A stretch of DNA of 63,619 nucleotides, the filler included, from Choristocarpus tenellus KU-1152 (lineage: Eukaryota; Protista; Phaeophyceae), in assembly GCA_964200185.2 (NCBI GenBank). It is 7 parts of 7 records of this genome, joined end to end, with 100 filler letters (N's around TTAATTAATTAA, not from the genome) between each part and the next. Parts side by side here need not be neighbours in the genome. Positions count along the whole stretch, not along the records: positions 47,924 to 61,018 come from CAXNAD020001587.1; positions 61,119 to 63,619 come from CAXNAD020027297.1; 5 more parts are not named here. One strand, 5' to 3'. Positions 50,558-63,619 of this stretch are shown piece after piece. Positions within the stretch are counted from its first letter, which is position 1. Each line of letters begins with the position of its first letter. Position numbers and translations under genes: made by a program. Under the pieces are notes generated by a model that did not search any database, was not told the origin of the DNA, and was given only the letters and a program-made list of their open reading frames with translations.

Positions 50558-53500
50558 TCAAGCGACTTGCTTCTCCATTACAGCATCGAGTTTAGTACTT
50601 TTTGCAGCATCCACAAATGTGGCAACAGCCTTCTCTGGGGTCTGTTGGAGTACACCATGACCCAGATTTAGAATGTGACCCTGTCCACCAGCTTCAACAA
50701 TGCAAGAGTTCACTGCATCTATAATACCCTGCTTAGGTCCTAGAAGCACAAGTGGATCAACATTGCCCGACACTGGTACATGTCTTCCTAGTCTTTCACG
50801 TGCCGTGGTCATATCCACAAATTGGTCCAGGCTTAGCATATCCGCCTGCCGCAGGGAAGGAAATAAAACAAAAAATTAGTAACCTATCCGGTTTAGTTAA
50901 GAACATGCCAAGAAAAGCATCGTAGTTTGTACATTTGTATTGTACTCACTCACCTCTTGCCATCATGCCTCTTAGGTCCAAAGCACATAGCCAGCCTTGT
51001 GTAGAACCAAAGCTACAAGGACAATCTAGTTCTCAGAGGAAATGACTAATTCTAGAGTTTGACACTGATGTTGACACAGATCAATTTCATGGCAACTCAC
51101 TTTCATGCTTCTCTGCCTCTCCAAGTAGCTGCTTCCACCATTGGCGAAGTATATGACTGGCACGTTAGGGTGTCTTGCCTTAAGAATAGACATGGCCAGA
51201 TCCGCATAGGGCTTTGCAAAAACCTCAAACTGAAGTGGGACTAACTGGTGTGCCCACGATTCAAATACTTGGATTACCTGGGCCCCATGTTCAACCTGCA
51301 AGCAATCCAGCATGGTATGAGTCAGTTTTGTATGATTGAAAAAAGTAAGCATGGTATGAGTCAGTTTGTATTATTGAAAAAAGTAAGCAGCCAAAAATGG
51401 TGTGCATGTACATACCGCTCTGTGTCATAATTGTAACAGGTGCAATCAAGATGTACTAAACCCTAATCGAGTAGAAATCAAGTCCCAAGTTACTCCTGCC
51501 ACACGATTGAAGCCACCAACGCCATCAAAGGTGTGATGAGATCATCAGGATAACAAAGCTCTCTCAACATCCATCTTTCTTACTATTGGTGACCCACATA
51601 GCTACTACTTGTACACAAAAGGTACAACATTTTGACTAAGATGAAGATACCTCTCCTACCAAAGACCCAGACTCTATTTCTTTGCACGTTGTCATTCCAA
51701 GTAGATTTTAACACTCAATTCAATACCAGGAATAAGTTGCAATTCATAGAGACTATCAAAACTAAAATACACTGGTTTTGACTTTATGCATGATACCAGT
51801 GATCATACAATGAAAAAAATGGTGCTGATTAAGTTCAACGAATCTGTGATAAAAATACAACAGTTCAAAATACACTAGTGTTTATATCTCTTCGACTACG
51901 AGAATATTGGTCACTGTACCGTTCGCCTACTCTCATTCCTGCTAGTATCATACCCAAAGACACTAGTATACTCAAGGATAGCGTGGCACTTATAGGGTAC
52001 CGAAAGCATGGCGTTTGACAATCAGAGACCCCATGCATGATATACTTGCAGAGCTAATGAAGGACTTAGAAGAGAATGGATTGTACTCAACCCTAACCTC
52101 AAGTATCAAGTTTGAAGCTCTCTTAAAAAACTACCAAGTTAAGGACTTGTTAATCTGCATTTGGATAATGAGGTGCATTTGCTGCCAGGAGACCAATCAA
52201 AAGGCTTAGTTTTTCATCTCATTATCGTGTTCTCCTTCACCCAACCAGTTCAGATGCATGAGAAATCTTTCCAAACAATTTATTGGTCAGACACATAGTG
52301 CATAAAAAGCCGCAATGGATCAGCGACAAACTCTTATCACTAAATTAACCAATCACATACTACTTCGACAGAAAACCCACAGTGGATAACTTACATTCAA
52401 TGTCGACGCAGAGGCGGTAGTGTTAAAAACTAAATCCCCCTTGATCTCATGTGAATAGTAATCCCCTCAAAATACAAAAAGGTCCTGCCTTTGTGTGCAA
52501 CACGTTGCATTTGAACCCTCTCAGTCTTTCATGGGTGAAAAGGACTACAAACTAAAATGATTACAACGCATCTCATTGTATCTCCGGCACCTCTGCAAGG
52601 AAAAACTGGATAGACCTATCATTTCAGCTCACAACATCCCCAACTTGTACAGGATACTTGCCTCTATCTACTGTACTATTGGCTGGTGGGTCAACAATGT
52701 CCAATCAAGAGTGTCCATGATCGTGGTCTTAGGGCAGAAAGGTTCAAGTTCAACACAAACTAGTCTTGGGAGAAATCATTGCACTCGCTGAACAACCCAA
52801 TTCAAAGCAACCTCTAACAATAAATTGCACAACTCTTTGACAATTGATGCCATGGATGAGAGTTCAGGATGATAACCGTCATCACTCTCAGTTCTATCGA
52901 ACCTTTCAAGCACTTTCTCGCTTGTGGTGATGTGATATAATGGTTGAGAGGGGCACCGGTGGTAGACTGTAAGTAAGGGTGATACTGCCTGTGGCTTGGC
53001 AAACCCACGATGGAAGATGTTCTTAGACCAACTAGGTCATTTGAAGTTACCATCTACACTGTTTAGAAAGCGGTGAAATGTGCAGAATGTCTCGCTTGCT
53101 CTTTGCCAAAGCATGAATTTTAACAATTTAGTAAGTGGGAGTGGGGGGGCTTTGTGCAATTGCATTAAGGCAAAATACAAAATGAAAGTGGACCACCTGA
53201 GATCACCACAGCCTAGGCAAGGGCAATTTCTAGCAGAGCATCAAAAATCAGCTGTAATATGTAGTTGATTCAGTGAGTTGTGGACCAAAAGAAATTGAGC
53301 ATGATACAAGGAATCGGTTTGTGTTAAACAAAACACCTACAATACAAAGCTCAGACACGGCCAAAATCAAACCATTCTCCTTCATGCTTTGTGTAACTTC
53401 AAAACCATTTGTAGTTTGATCTGAATCAACTTTCTGAGTTCTGTGAGGCACAAGATCAGTGCACTATCATAGAGACAGCAGGCCCTAGCTAGACAAACCT

Positions 53501-55810
53501 TGTACACACCCAGGTATTTACATTAAAGATACGGAGTTAAATCTCCTGGGTAAAGACAAAGAGAAGTCATAGTTCAGCATGCATGGAACCTAGAACACAT
53601 GGATATACATTTCCGTCACCACAAAGCTAAATAAAAACTACTGGGGCTCATAAACATGCCTGTTTCCTGAAAGGGATAATACTTGACTAAACCCAATGCA
53701 CGATAATTTGCGTTCCTTCAAGTCCATATTATTTGAATAGGTGCATTGTGCACATATCCCAAGTAGTAAGTTGTGGTACAAATAATCTGTTCATCAAAAT
53801 GGAGGAGATATAATGCGCGAATACCACCACATTAAATAAGCAACAATATGGTAATGAGAGTTGCACAACATTCATCTACATCCATAAACTAGCTGCACGT
53901 GATTGATAAAAACGGGTACCAGACCCCTGTAAGTTGTACGCATTGAACACTGGGGATCTTAAGCATTTTATCACATTCCCACCTATATAGTTGTGGCATT
54001 TACAATGATAGGTAAGTTAACCCATAAATTTCTGAACATGTAGATGAACACATAGATCATTCACCAATGTCTTACATGGTTAAGGGAATCGAAGTATTAA
54101 AAAGTCATTAGGTTACTTTAAATCCCTGAAGCAGGAAATATGGGCACCGAGTTGCATATTATCTCAACAAGATCACCAACAGTTCTAATTAGCACCAAGA
54201 ACTCTTACTCCTGAGGGAGATTGTTACAATGTTGGGGTACGCCTTCGTCACACCAACAACGGTGGTTTGCAAATGGTGATATCGAAGTTTGGCTTGTGTC
54301 AATGGAACAGATTGTAGACAGATGACTGCGTGGTTCCTTGACAATTTATGCAAGTTGTGGAGTGGAGTTCTCAAGTCTACTTTCTTCACATGATAAAAAA
54401 AAACAAAGCACACCTGGTAGCAGGCATAGTCACCAACACTCTGTGCCATCTTCGCCATAAGCGCATGGAACAGAGTGGGATCATTCATCATCATTTCCTT
54501 GGTGTGCAACGCATGCTTGCTGCTTCCACCTTCCATGGAATAGGCAGCCAGAGTCCAAGGAGCCCCAACAAAGCCCAGGAGGGTGGCTTTTCCTTCTGTT
54601 TCCTGGCGAAGTGCCTGTCACCAATGATGGGATAAGGAAGAGAAGGAGGATATCAAGGACTACACTATGATCGTGGGTTGTGTGCCTCTGAAGCAACATA
54701 TTTGGGAGTCTACACAACCTGCAGTCATGCTGTCAAGCCAGCACTGGGCACGATAGTAAATTCATACCTGTGCTCACACTTAAGCCTTAGATTTTTGTGA
54801 TACATATGACAAAACAAAACATTATTGCTACAAGGTGAATCACATGGAGCCATTCTTCACACAGAAAGCAAGGAAATATCTTTTGGGGGGAATTGCCATG
54901 GTCAACCACTTAAAAGGAAAAACCATAACTTGGAACTGGAGTAAAGAGTGCCAAAACGTTCCAGGTGTTGAACAACAACATGGCGTATGTCACCACACCT
55001 TGGGAGGCGAACGACATTGGTCATCAGGTCGATTGTTCAAGAGATAGGGAGGGAAGTTGACTCTCATAATACTGAGCAAATCCTCACCTTCAACGTTTGT
55101 CCCACGAAAGGAAGCTGTCCATCAATATCTTTTAGCTGTCGTACAGCAGCGACATCACCAGGAGAGCGAACTGGATTGTGGATTACAGGCCCCTTACCCT
55201 TCACCACGTCAAAATCAATCCCCATTGCGGGAAGTGGCGTTAAAATATCCGAAAACATTATCACCCCATCCACTCCAAACGTTCGCCAGGGCTGCAGCGA
55301 GAGTTCAATCGCGATTTCTGGTGTCTCGGAGCGATGCCGGAAAGCATACTTGTCAGAGTACTTGCGGAAGTCTGCCATATACCTTCCTGCCTGGTCCATA
55401 CGCGAATAAGAGGGGGGGAGATATCAACTCTACTGTCTTCTCGTCGATACAGGCATCCACCATCACTTCACACTCTCGAACCGCAGACTTTCGACCATGA
55501 CACATCTCAGCAAAAATGCAAAGCGGTGCCAGGCCTGATGGTGATGATTTACCTGTCTCATGAGCCACACTGGGGAACGGTCCGCACGCTCTCCCCTTGC
55601 CACACGAAGGAGAATGTCGTGATCGTCCTTCACAGTCATGCACGGCCTGGATCTGGCATTGTGGTGAGAGTGTTCACCCACTCCAGTACCTCGCAAGCCT
55701 CCGATCCCTTTCAACACTCCAGTTGGAATAAAGGCTGATGCAGGGATGATAAGTATGGTCAGCAGTAAGGAGGCTACACATGGTGCAAGGAGGGGCTGCA
55801 GGGGTGCCAT
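50558..55810 (-). CDS. hemE: Uroporphyrinogen decarboxylase, plastid-targeted, complete, 414 aa
   Basis: Exons 55810-55553, 55390-55088, 54614-54414, 51295-51101 and 50845-50558, all phase 0 GT-AG. Motifs PVWLMRQAGRY, IMFSDIL, GFVGAPWTLAAY, QVFESW, GNVDP and ILNLGHGV; hydrophobic signal peptide followed by ASAFIP. Confidence 0.97.
51309..51389. repeat. ~39-bp direct duplication next to a UROD splice acceptor
   Basis: agcatggtatgagtcagtttt(t)gtat.attgaaaaaagta occurs twice. Confidence 0.8.
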
Positions 55811-56124
55811 TGTCTCTCCAATAAGTGGAGAGCAAACCTCCCTAATGTAGACAAATAGTAGGAGTATCAAAGAAACATGCAAATCAATTCTTCAAAACGG
55901 CAAGGATAACATGCAATAATTACCCATCAACATAAAAGGTGAAGAACGAAGAACCAGTGGTACAGCCACAACACTGCTGGGCTCAAGAACATGGAAGTGG
56001 AAGTATCCAAGTCGTTCCTTTAGCTTGCAATACTCTGTGCCCTTCAGCAAAGCCCAGGATGCATTTTCTTTCGGCACAATTAAAGAAGTTCGTAGCGACG
56101 ATTCCAGGATCTATTATATTGTAG

Positions 56125-57083
56125 GGTGGACAAGTCCTCACCTTGGAAGCGAATGCGTCAGTCCTGGAGGAAAGCTTTAAGTGATTCACTTCCTGGGGCT
56201 AGCACAGCCTTCCTGAGGGCCCGAGTTGCAAACCCAGTCACATACTTGCAGCAACACGGTCACTTCTGGGACTCTCCAGGAAAGATACCTCTAGTGGTGT
56301 GTATGACTCGTTGATCTGCATATGCGAGGGATTTGTACATAAAGCAGTGAAGTTTGTGCTGTATACGTGCCTTTGTGCTCATGCCATACATTCTGTGACG
56401 AGGTAAAAGGTAGAGAAACAGATAATCCCAACTGTGTCCAAGGCGAACACCATGCCATTGGTCTGTGGTCTGTACTGTGTCCGAAAAGCGCGTCTAAGAC
56501 ATGGCCTCAACTTTACACTCATCGCACAGTAGTATTTGTCAACTGCTCAAATCCAAGTGCAGATCAGCCAGTCATCCACGGAGGTACCATGTGCAATTGG
56601 CTCCGCTACCAAACTCCCTGCAGCTGTTAGAAAGAGACTGGAGCCTGGGTTTTGCTTAGGGACACACAGTGCTGCAAGCTACAGAACCTATGTGGGAGCT
56701 TCAGCGTCCGTCAGCTTATTCAAAGTACCCTCATACCAATGTCGTTTAAACCTCGATCCCCATCAACTGGGAAAGGGCAGAGAGGTACCGCATATGTGCC
56801 AGGGCACACCTTGAGGACCTGGTGCTGTGACAATGCAGTTGTGGTTGGAAACTGTACAGGCAATCGATGGAGCTGTAATTGTTTCTGAAGCATCTTTAAA
56901 TGTCAGGAGAAGGGCAGGCAAGGGCTTGTGACTAGAGAATCGGTAGGGCCATCCCCCTCTGTGGCCACTGATTACACAATAAACAATGAAGTGCAGGGGG
57001 CTGCATTGGCAGAGGAGAGGAAGCTGCAACACAAAAGGAGAAGGGAGAAGATGAAGCAACAATCCGCAACAGAGGATCAAAAG
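56125..57083 (+). CDS. Possible multi-exon gene of unknown function, divergent from UROD
   Basis: Clean phase-0 exon 56907-57083 (cag|...|gtgagg; ...AEERKLQHKRRREKMKQQSATEDQK, coiled-coil/basic) plus open upstream segments ending near 56297 and 56784. No family recognised. Confidence 0.35.
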
Positions 57084-58225
57084 GTGAGGTGGAAAACAAA
57101 AGTTCTGCCTGGCTTTTATGGGAAGTCTTTCCACAAGAACAGCTGAATGTAGGGGCAATACATTTGGAAATGGCATCCATTGCCATGAACTGCTTGCAGT
57201 CATTGAACACTCCTGTAAAAGAGAGGGTAATTATTGTGTGGATTGTGTGGATTATGTGGATTGAAGTGTATCCGTGACATTACATCTCAGTCGTTTGAGG
57301 ACTAAAACTGATACTATTGTCAGATGTCACACTTGTAGTGCTGGTATAAACTGCCTGTTATTGACTCTAATGTTTTTGTTAGTAATGCATTATCTGACGT
57401 ACTACTTTGTATGTATTGGTTGATATGCTATTGCTATCAAATGACTTTATTGCTGTTAGCTGATACAGCCAAGAGGTATTGCTTTCATTTAAAGCAAAAA
57501 TCTCGCTGTAATTTTTGTACTTTTCAAAGGAAACTTTCAAGGTCCTTCACAGTGATGACTTCCACGTTAATGAGTGTGGCATTTGGACGGCAATGCTCCA
57601 CACTAAAGGATTTTAGTAATGGTAGTCACTACAGTATCGTGCTGTGGTAATTCCAGAATTACCATGCCGTTATTGCCAAGAACACAACACTCTGGAACAT
57701 TTTTGTAGCTACAGTAAACTTGAACATTGTTCGTATGTTTCCTCGTGGAGCGTAACTTGCATTAAAAGTATTCAAAATCGAGGAACACATTTCATTCATC
57801 CTCCACTGCCTCTTCTGTCTACGGAAGGAATCATCGATCTGGTCATGAAAGGGGGCATATTTTATCAGAAATCCTCATGGGCACAGTATTGCAGTCACGT
57901 TTACTAGTGTTCACTGGTACGATTTCTTACTCAACCTTCAAGCCAATGGACGTTAAAGAAGATGATCCAGTGATGCTTACTGAGAAGTGATGTACAGGCA
58001 ATTTTCTCCGCCTTCTATGTTGCCTCTTGTCCCTCCCATAGCATCTGCAAAATGTCAGTAGGCATAGAAAATATTCAAGTCCAGACAGCTGCTGCCATCA
58101 ACATACTATAGAAATAAACTGATGTAAATGAAGTATACCGCAGCGAAGCCTTCTGTTGACATGCAAAGATCGCTGTACAACGCAATTAAAAACCAATACC
58201 ATGAGACCCACATTGATACCATAGC

Positions 58226-59750
58226 TTAACATATGGTTTCTGTCTTCAACTCAGATGCAGTTGGCTCAAATGTCCTAGGCACAGTCAATACCCTGGAATA
58301 CTTGGGCCTTGGACATATGCCCTTATCTGCATGGAGCATACCTCCACAAGCACCACTCAAATCTACCCCTCTCCCTGTTGCTCCTCTGACCTTTTTTCTC
58401 ACAGCTCTCTCTCTCTCTCTCTTGATGGCGACAAGGTCCTTGGAGATGACCAGGGCAGCATTTAATGTTGGACTCCTTAACTGCTGCACTTAAGCACTAA
58501 AGTGAGTATGCAGAACATGATAGCGGCAACACCTTCCCTGACCTCAAACCAGTCCATTCTATTTATCTATGCAGATATATAATTGTATTCCAAAATGGAA
58601 GTGGTGAATGACAGATCATCTTCTCAAGCACTCCAACCTTGGCAAGCACACACACAGGAGATAGGGTCAACAGAGTTATTTGCTCTCTTTAGGTCAACAA
58701 AAGACATGAAGAGAGTTTTTTGCTTTCCCTGACTGAGTTCATGGAGGACGTGTATTTTGTTTGTACACCTTGTCTACCATTGTCCAATTATGTGTATGAC
58801 CCATTTCTATTGGGTACGCTTGAGAAAGGCTTGGCAGAGGTAGTCTAATCATCTCTGCAGGCATCAACAGGTGCTCACCATTGTCATTAAGGACATCACA
58901 GCCATATCCCTCAAGCACCCTGATGTGCAATCCCCCCCATCCTTCGCCTCTCTTTCCAACACAGGTGTTACAGTCCCCAGGAGAAAAATGTATCCTTGGA
59001 GGTAACACAATGTGCAGCTTTCCCCAGAAATTGTCCTTGGTTGCCTCTGGGGCTTCCTCTCTCAAGTCTTTTCCCACAGTAAAGGTAACCCATTTGAACT
59101 GCCTGTCAGCAGTAACCAAACCATCTTCACCCATTCACCAAAGTTGTCCAGTTCATGGGTGGCTTGTTTTTGGATTGACCCCTCTGCCCATCTTACATAT
59201 GATGGGTACCTCTGTCTTCACCCCCACTGAAAAATGTCACGTAGTTTGACTCAGAATGTTCTTCAAGGTCAAATTTTCGAGCTCGCCTTTTTCTGCTTGA
59301 GTCCAATCACATCACATTCACAGGCTTAAGCCTGTTCTTGCCATTCACTGCCACGATTTGGACATTCCTAGTGGCCACGATCAGATCTCTCCGTTTCAAA
59401 AACACAACACTCTGGGCTATATTGTGCCCTCTGTGTGTAGAGGATTTGTGAGGCAGTCTCTCCTCATTAGAGTATTCTCAACTTTCTTCCTTGCTTGCTC
59501 TGATCTACCTCCGTTAATGCTTTCCTTTTGATAGTGTGGGGGCAACCACTCCAGAACTGAACAAACATCACCCTCTTGCTGTGGAATCTTCCAGATACCT
59601 GTGTGGTCGATTTTGTCTTCCCATGTAGTGATATAGCACTCACTGGGTTTGTCAGCACCCTCCCCATGAACCCATTGGTACCATCTGTTCTACATGGCCA
59701 GAAGGAGCGAGGATATAGTGGCTCTGGCTGGGTCAGGATAGTCCCCATGC
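58226..59750 (-). mobile_element. Decayed RTE-type LINE, apurinic endonuclease region
   Basis: Frameshifted APE motifs in order: LIVATRNVQ (~59385), CDVIGL (~59315), EATKDNFWGKL, GDCNTCVGKRGEG, YGCDVLNDNGEHLL. No RT domain recognised. Confidence 0.8.
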
Positions 59751-60239
59751 TAAAGTAGAATGATACGTCAGTGGCAACAGAACCATTTCAATAGTGCATT
59801 TAAGATAGATGACGCCTCTCATAACAAAGCATTATTACTATTTGATCACTTTATCCTTGGAACTATCCCAGTGCATGGTCAGAGGCACAACACAAACCAC
59901 TACTTCTCATACTACCTACTGAAACTCAACTATTACATGTAAGCACCATAACCATAGTTGGTCTAAACAAAGCCAAAAGAACTATCCCCTCCTTAGACTT
60001 GAAGTACATGCTAGAGTAGCTTGATAAGTCCATCAATAGTGACCATACATGGTCTCAGATCAGATAATTTTGAGGAAGCAAAATCAGTGCCAACACCAAC
60101 AACAGAGGCATGGAAACCTCAATCTAGGTCTACAACTCTCCCATGACCCAGCACGTTACCAATCAAGAGTATCAAGCGCACCCTTGACAAAAGCACAGAT
60201 CACAAAACTCTGTTGGCTCCAATATTGACTGGAAGTATT

Positions 60240-60795
60240 TCAAAACATAGACTCAAATTTATGTACCTCACTGAAAATATTGCAAAGGACAGGAATACTC
60301 CTGTCAAAAATCAATCTGTGAAGACCTTGAATAGTCTGACACACTTTGGTGTACAGCTTCAGCTTTTTCAACTGCTTCCTCAACAACACAAGGATGTCCT
60401 TTAGAGTAAAAGGCAGAGGTCCCAATAACCTCTCATCCTGCTCAAATCCACTCCAATCTACCAACATCTCGTACCCAGCCCCTGCCCTACACACATACAG
60501 GGCAGACCTGCAATTCCAGGTACTATGCACCAGACCAGGCCAAGACTTGCTCAGGAGTCGAGGCCTCCTCATGGATGGGAGGCAACATGCTTTTGACACA
60601 GAAGTAACACCAGCCAAGCACACCTACTTCATATCTTGTACAGATTGCACAAGTTTCGCCATCTGTAGTGGGTGCAACCTCAGCCAATTAATTGCCTGGA
60701 TAAGCTGTGCATTTGCTATTTCCATGAAAGGTCTGTCAAAATCTGCCAAACCCCTGCAAATGTTCAGGAACATGGTAAATGCCCCAGTCCAAGTA
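60240..60795 (-). mobile_element. Ty3/gypsy (chromovirus-like) integrase C-terminus and chromodomain remnant
   Basis: YEMLVDWSGFEQDE...P...LKDI..LLRKQLKKL resembles the terminal chromodomain of stramenopile gypsy elements; frameshifted. Confidence 0.65.
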
Positions 60796-60839
60796 TAAAT
60801 TTGTTACAACATTTGATCTCAGGGGCATAGAATTTATGC

Positions 60840-61018
60840 AAAAGAGAACTACTCAAGTAGTTGACTTCTGGTTCTTTGCAGTGGCAGACGCCACATTCAA
60901 GACCACTGGAATGCCGCAAGAGTACTTGGGAGGCGAGACGCCATGTGAGCGCCTAACCAACACACCCTTCAATTACAAGCGACTCCGAGTATTTGGGACA
61001 GAGTGTTATGTACACCAG
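60840..61018 (+). mobile_element. Ty1/copia integrase fragment, truncated at spacer
   Basis: FWFFAVADATF...GETPCERL...YKRLRVFGTECYVH is the copia TP.E...LRVFG..CYVH motif. Confidence 0.85.
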
Positions 61019-61118
61019 NNNNNNNNNNNNNNNNNNNNNNNNNNNNNNNNNNNNNNNNNNNNTTAATTAATTAANNNNNNNNNNNNNNNNNNNNNNNNNN
61101 NNNNNNNNNNNNNNNNNN
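61019..61118. other. Artificial contig spacer
   Basis: N44-TTAATTAATTAA-N44. Confidence 0.97.
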
Positions 61119-61844
61119 TCCATGAACACGTTAAAAATCAGGAGCGTGTCAACCAACGTCTCGTGTTCCCCGTTTTCGTATCTGGTGATCAAGAAGGGGG
61201 GGTTATAAACTTTTTACTCATTACTGATCACTAATAACTCGCCGCTCAATCTGTATTACTTGCTATATTACTTGCAGCAACATTCATTCCTTTTCTAGGA
61301 TTCTTCTTGTTGTACTATAATAACCCGGAAAAATATTTTCCTAGTCACCTGACAAAGAAAGACATTACTATAAATTAATTATCCTGTTGTCCAATAATAG
61401 TTCAACAACTCAATGTTTCTCCCACAGAATCATATTTTTACATACGAATAAAAAGCATATTCTTAATAGACTACCATCATCAACCGCTACAAAAAAACAA
61501 ATTCATCTACTACAACACACTAACCCTAACCCTAGCCCTAAATTGTGCCTGGAGATGAAAAAGAACAAAACCGAACAGATCTTGCAACATTTCTTTTATC
61601 AGAGGTACAGTACGACATGACTATAGTGTGTCTCTCTATCTCTCTCTCTGTGTGTGTGTCAGATGAACAATAAAAACAAAATAAGAGAGTATATTGTGTC
61701 AAGCTCCTTCTGTAAGAGGTATATACTCCATACTGTCAATATTCCATACACACACACATGTTCTAACAACAGTAACGCAATATAAAATATAACAAACTCC
61801 ATCCACTGACAAATAGATATCAATCATCATCAGGATGCTTTCAC

Positions 61845-61947
61845 ACATACATACATAATACATAATACGTACATAATAATACACAATACATAATACATAA
61901 TAATACACAATACATGGATACAGAATACATAGATACACACATACATA
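61845..61947. repeat. Degenerate (ACATAAT/ACAT)n low-complexity repeat, also at ~62448-62546
   Basis: Direct reading; reverse-complement type of the TATG/TATTATG tract at 13168. Confidence 0.75.
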
Positions 61948-62019
61948 GATGACTCGTGATAATCACAACAGGCAGTGATAACCCTAACCCTCATTACCCT
62001 CACTATCCTCATCAAAGTC

Positions 62020-62745
62020 AAAGCTGAAGCCAATCCTCAAGAGGCATTTCCAGTGCATTTCAACTATTGACCACAGGTCCTATTCCACCAAAATGGTACA
62101 ACAACACAATGCAATCAGAAAACACACACAGACACACACAGATACAGAGAGAGAGAGAGAGAGAGAGAGAGGCAGGGATACTCACCTCCTGCTATCATGC
62201 GGCATGCCCTCAGCCGCCCTCTTTCTTGCCCTCCTATTAACCAGTACATGCCGTACCATACGATGTGGATTAAACCTATTAAGGATCCTGCAACCCCCCC
62301 CCCCCACCAAATAAAAAACAAAACAAAAGAAGGCAACAAAAGTGTAAGTGCTACAGTAGAGCATGCCGTAGGTCTTGGGGATGGAGAGTATCGTTTAAGC
62401 AGTGGACAAATCGGCTACAGGAATCACATATTTTATTTTTTATATGCACATACATAATAATAATGCATGTACATAATACACAATACATAATGAATACACA
62501 TACATAATACATATACATAATACATATATACATAGTACGTACATACAAAATACGTTATTAAAAAAAAAAACTGACCTCTTTTTGGAAGGGGTAGCATTGT
62601 TGGTGGAGGCGTTGTGGGAAGTTGAGTGCGAAGGAGTCCACCACCTGCGTACACCATTGACAAGCATGCTCTCCAGGTAGTATCGAAGAGGATACAGACC
62701 AAATATATTCTGGGTTGGGTAAGGCGTGTTCATGGCCGTGGACCA
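62020..62745 (-). CDS. Possible small exons of an unidentified gene
   Basis: GC-richer islands ending in AG|gtcagt (~62576) and AG|gtgagt (~62186); reading frame ambiguous. Confidence 0.25.
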
Positions 62746-62954
62746 TAGGTTTAGGATTTATGTAAGGATGCGACTCTGGAGTTATTTAGTTATTTATTAT
62801 TTTTATTATAGGATTGGGTTATAGGTAGAAGGTGCATTTAGTGTCGCTGTCTATTTATTCTCTTAAATGGTGCAGTATTATCATATTTATAATTTGAAAA
62901 TGTGGTTGAGTATATATATTGCTGTCGACGAGTGGGATAGGTGTTTAAAAAAAA

Positions 62955-63155
62955 AAAGGTTTGATCTTACTACCACTGTTGAATGTGACGTGTGTATTTT
63001 TTTTATAAAGAGTACAGCATTATCACATTCTAAAATAAAAGGTTTGATCTTACTACCATTGTTGAAAGTGACGTGTGTGTATTTTTTCAAAAAGAGTACA
63101 GCATTATCACATTTAGAAATAAAATTCTATTTTACTAATATTGTTGAATGGTATA
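62955..63155. repeat. ~83-bp tandem repeat, ~2.4 units
   Basis: ggtttgatcttactacca.tgttgaa.gtgacgtgtgt...aaagagtacagcattatcacatt.t.aaataaaa repeated. Confidence 0.85.
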
Positions 63156-63619
63156 TATACGTATTGTTAAGAACAGTGCATCGCTAACAAATTTAAAAAC
63201 AAAGAAATTCATATCATTACCATTCCCAATATGAATCATCAGCGATACTCTATTTTTTTCTAGAATATTACTCTCCCTCTGTTCCTCCAAAACAAACAAA
63301 CCAAAGACTGCTTTTGCGCACGTCACCCATTGGCACATTACACCCTCCAATCAAATCACAAACACACCCACTCACCCCGCAGGATACCTTCTTCCTCCTC
63401 CTACACACCCACAACCTCCGAAAGGTGATTACCTCGACTTGACCAATGAAAAGATGAGATATTTCATATGTCTCCCACTATTTATTTCATTTATATATAT
63501 ATATATATTTAAAGCCTCTTGACAACAAAATACAAATAAAAAAATACCCCCCATCCCACCCCCCCTCCCCCTTCTTTTAATATATATATTTTTATTTTCT
63601 TTTTTCTACAATAAAAAAT

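Noticed and set aside
61520-61541. True chromosome end
   Set aside because: Only 3-4 imperfect CCCTAA units with unique sequence on both sides.

Overview
Eukaryotic, intron-rich genomic DNA. It is most consistent with a photosynthetic stramenopile (brown alga or close relative), based on an ASAF-type bipartite plastid presequence on UROD, GT-AG spliceosomal introns and scattered TTAGGG hexamers. The window is seven contigs joined by identical 100-bp artificial spacers (N44-TTAATTAATTAA-N44), so adjacency across spacers is not guaranteed. Complete genes: AP-4 sigma and plastid UROD/hemE. Partial genes: OGG1 (3' end not found), RICTOR (3' end lost at a spacer), the 3' end of a UBA-domain gene, the 3' end of a BACK+SPRY gene, the 3' end of a G-protein beta subunit, and a PNISR-like/FHA/RS protein. 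Much of the rest is decayed transposon sequence: several Ty1/copia remnants, a chromodomain Ty3/gypsy remnant, an RTE-type LINE endonuclease, two multicopy MITE families, a hAT-type element with a duplicated left end and a long-TIR element. I see no CRISPR, rRNA or tRNA, and no clear evidence of a wholly new multi-gene system. The best leads are telomeric hexamers embedded inside transposon coding and TIR sequence, and the PNISR-FHA-RS domain architecture. All gene models and family assignments are by eye and from memory of the families; no searches were run.
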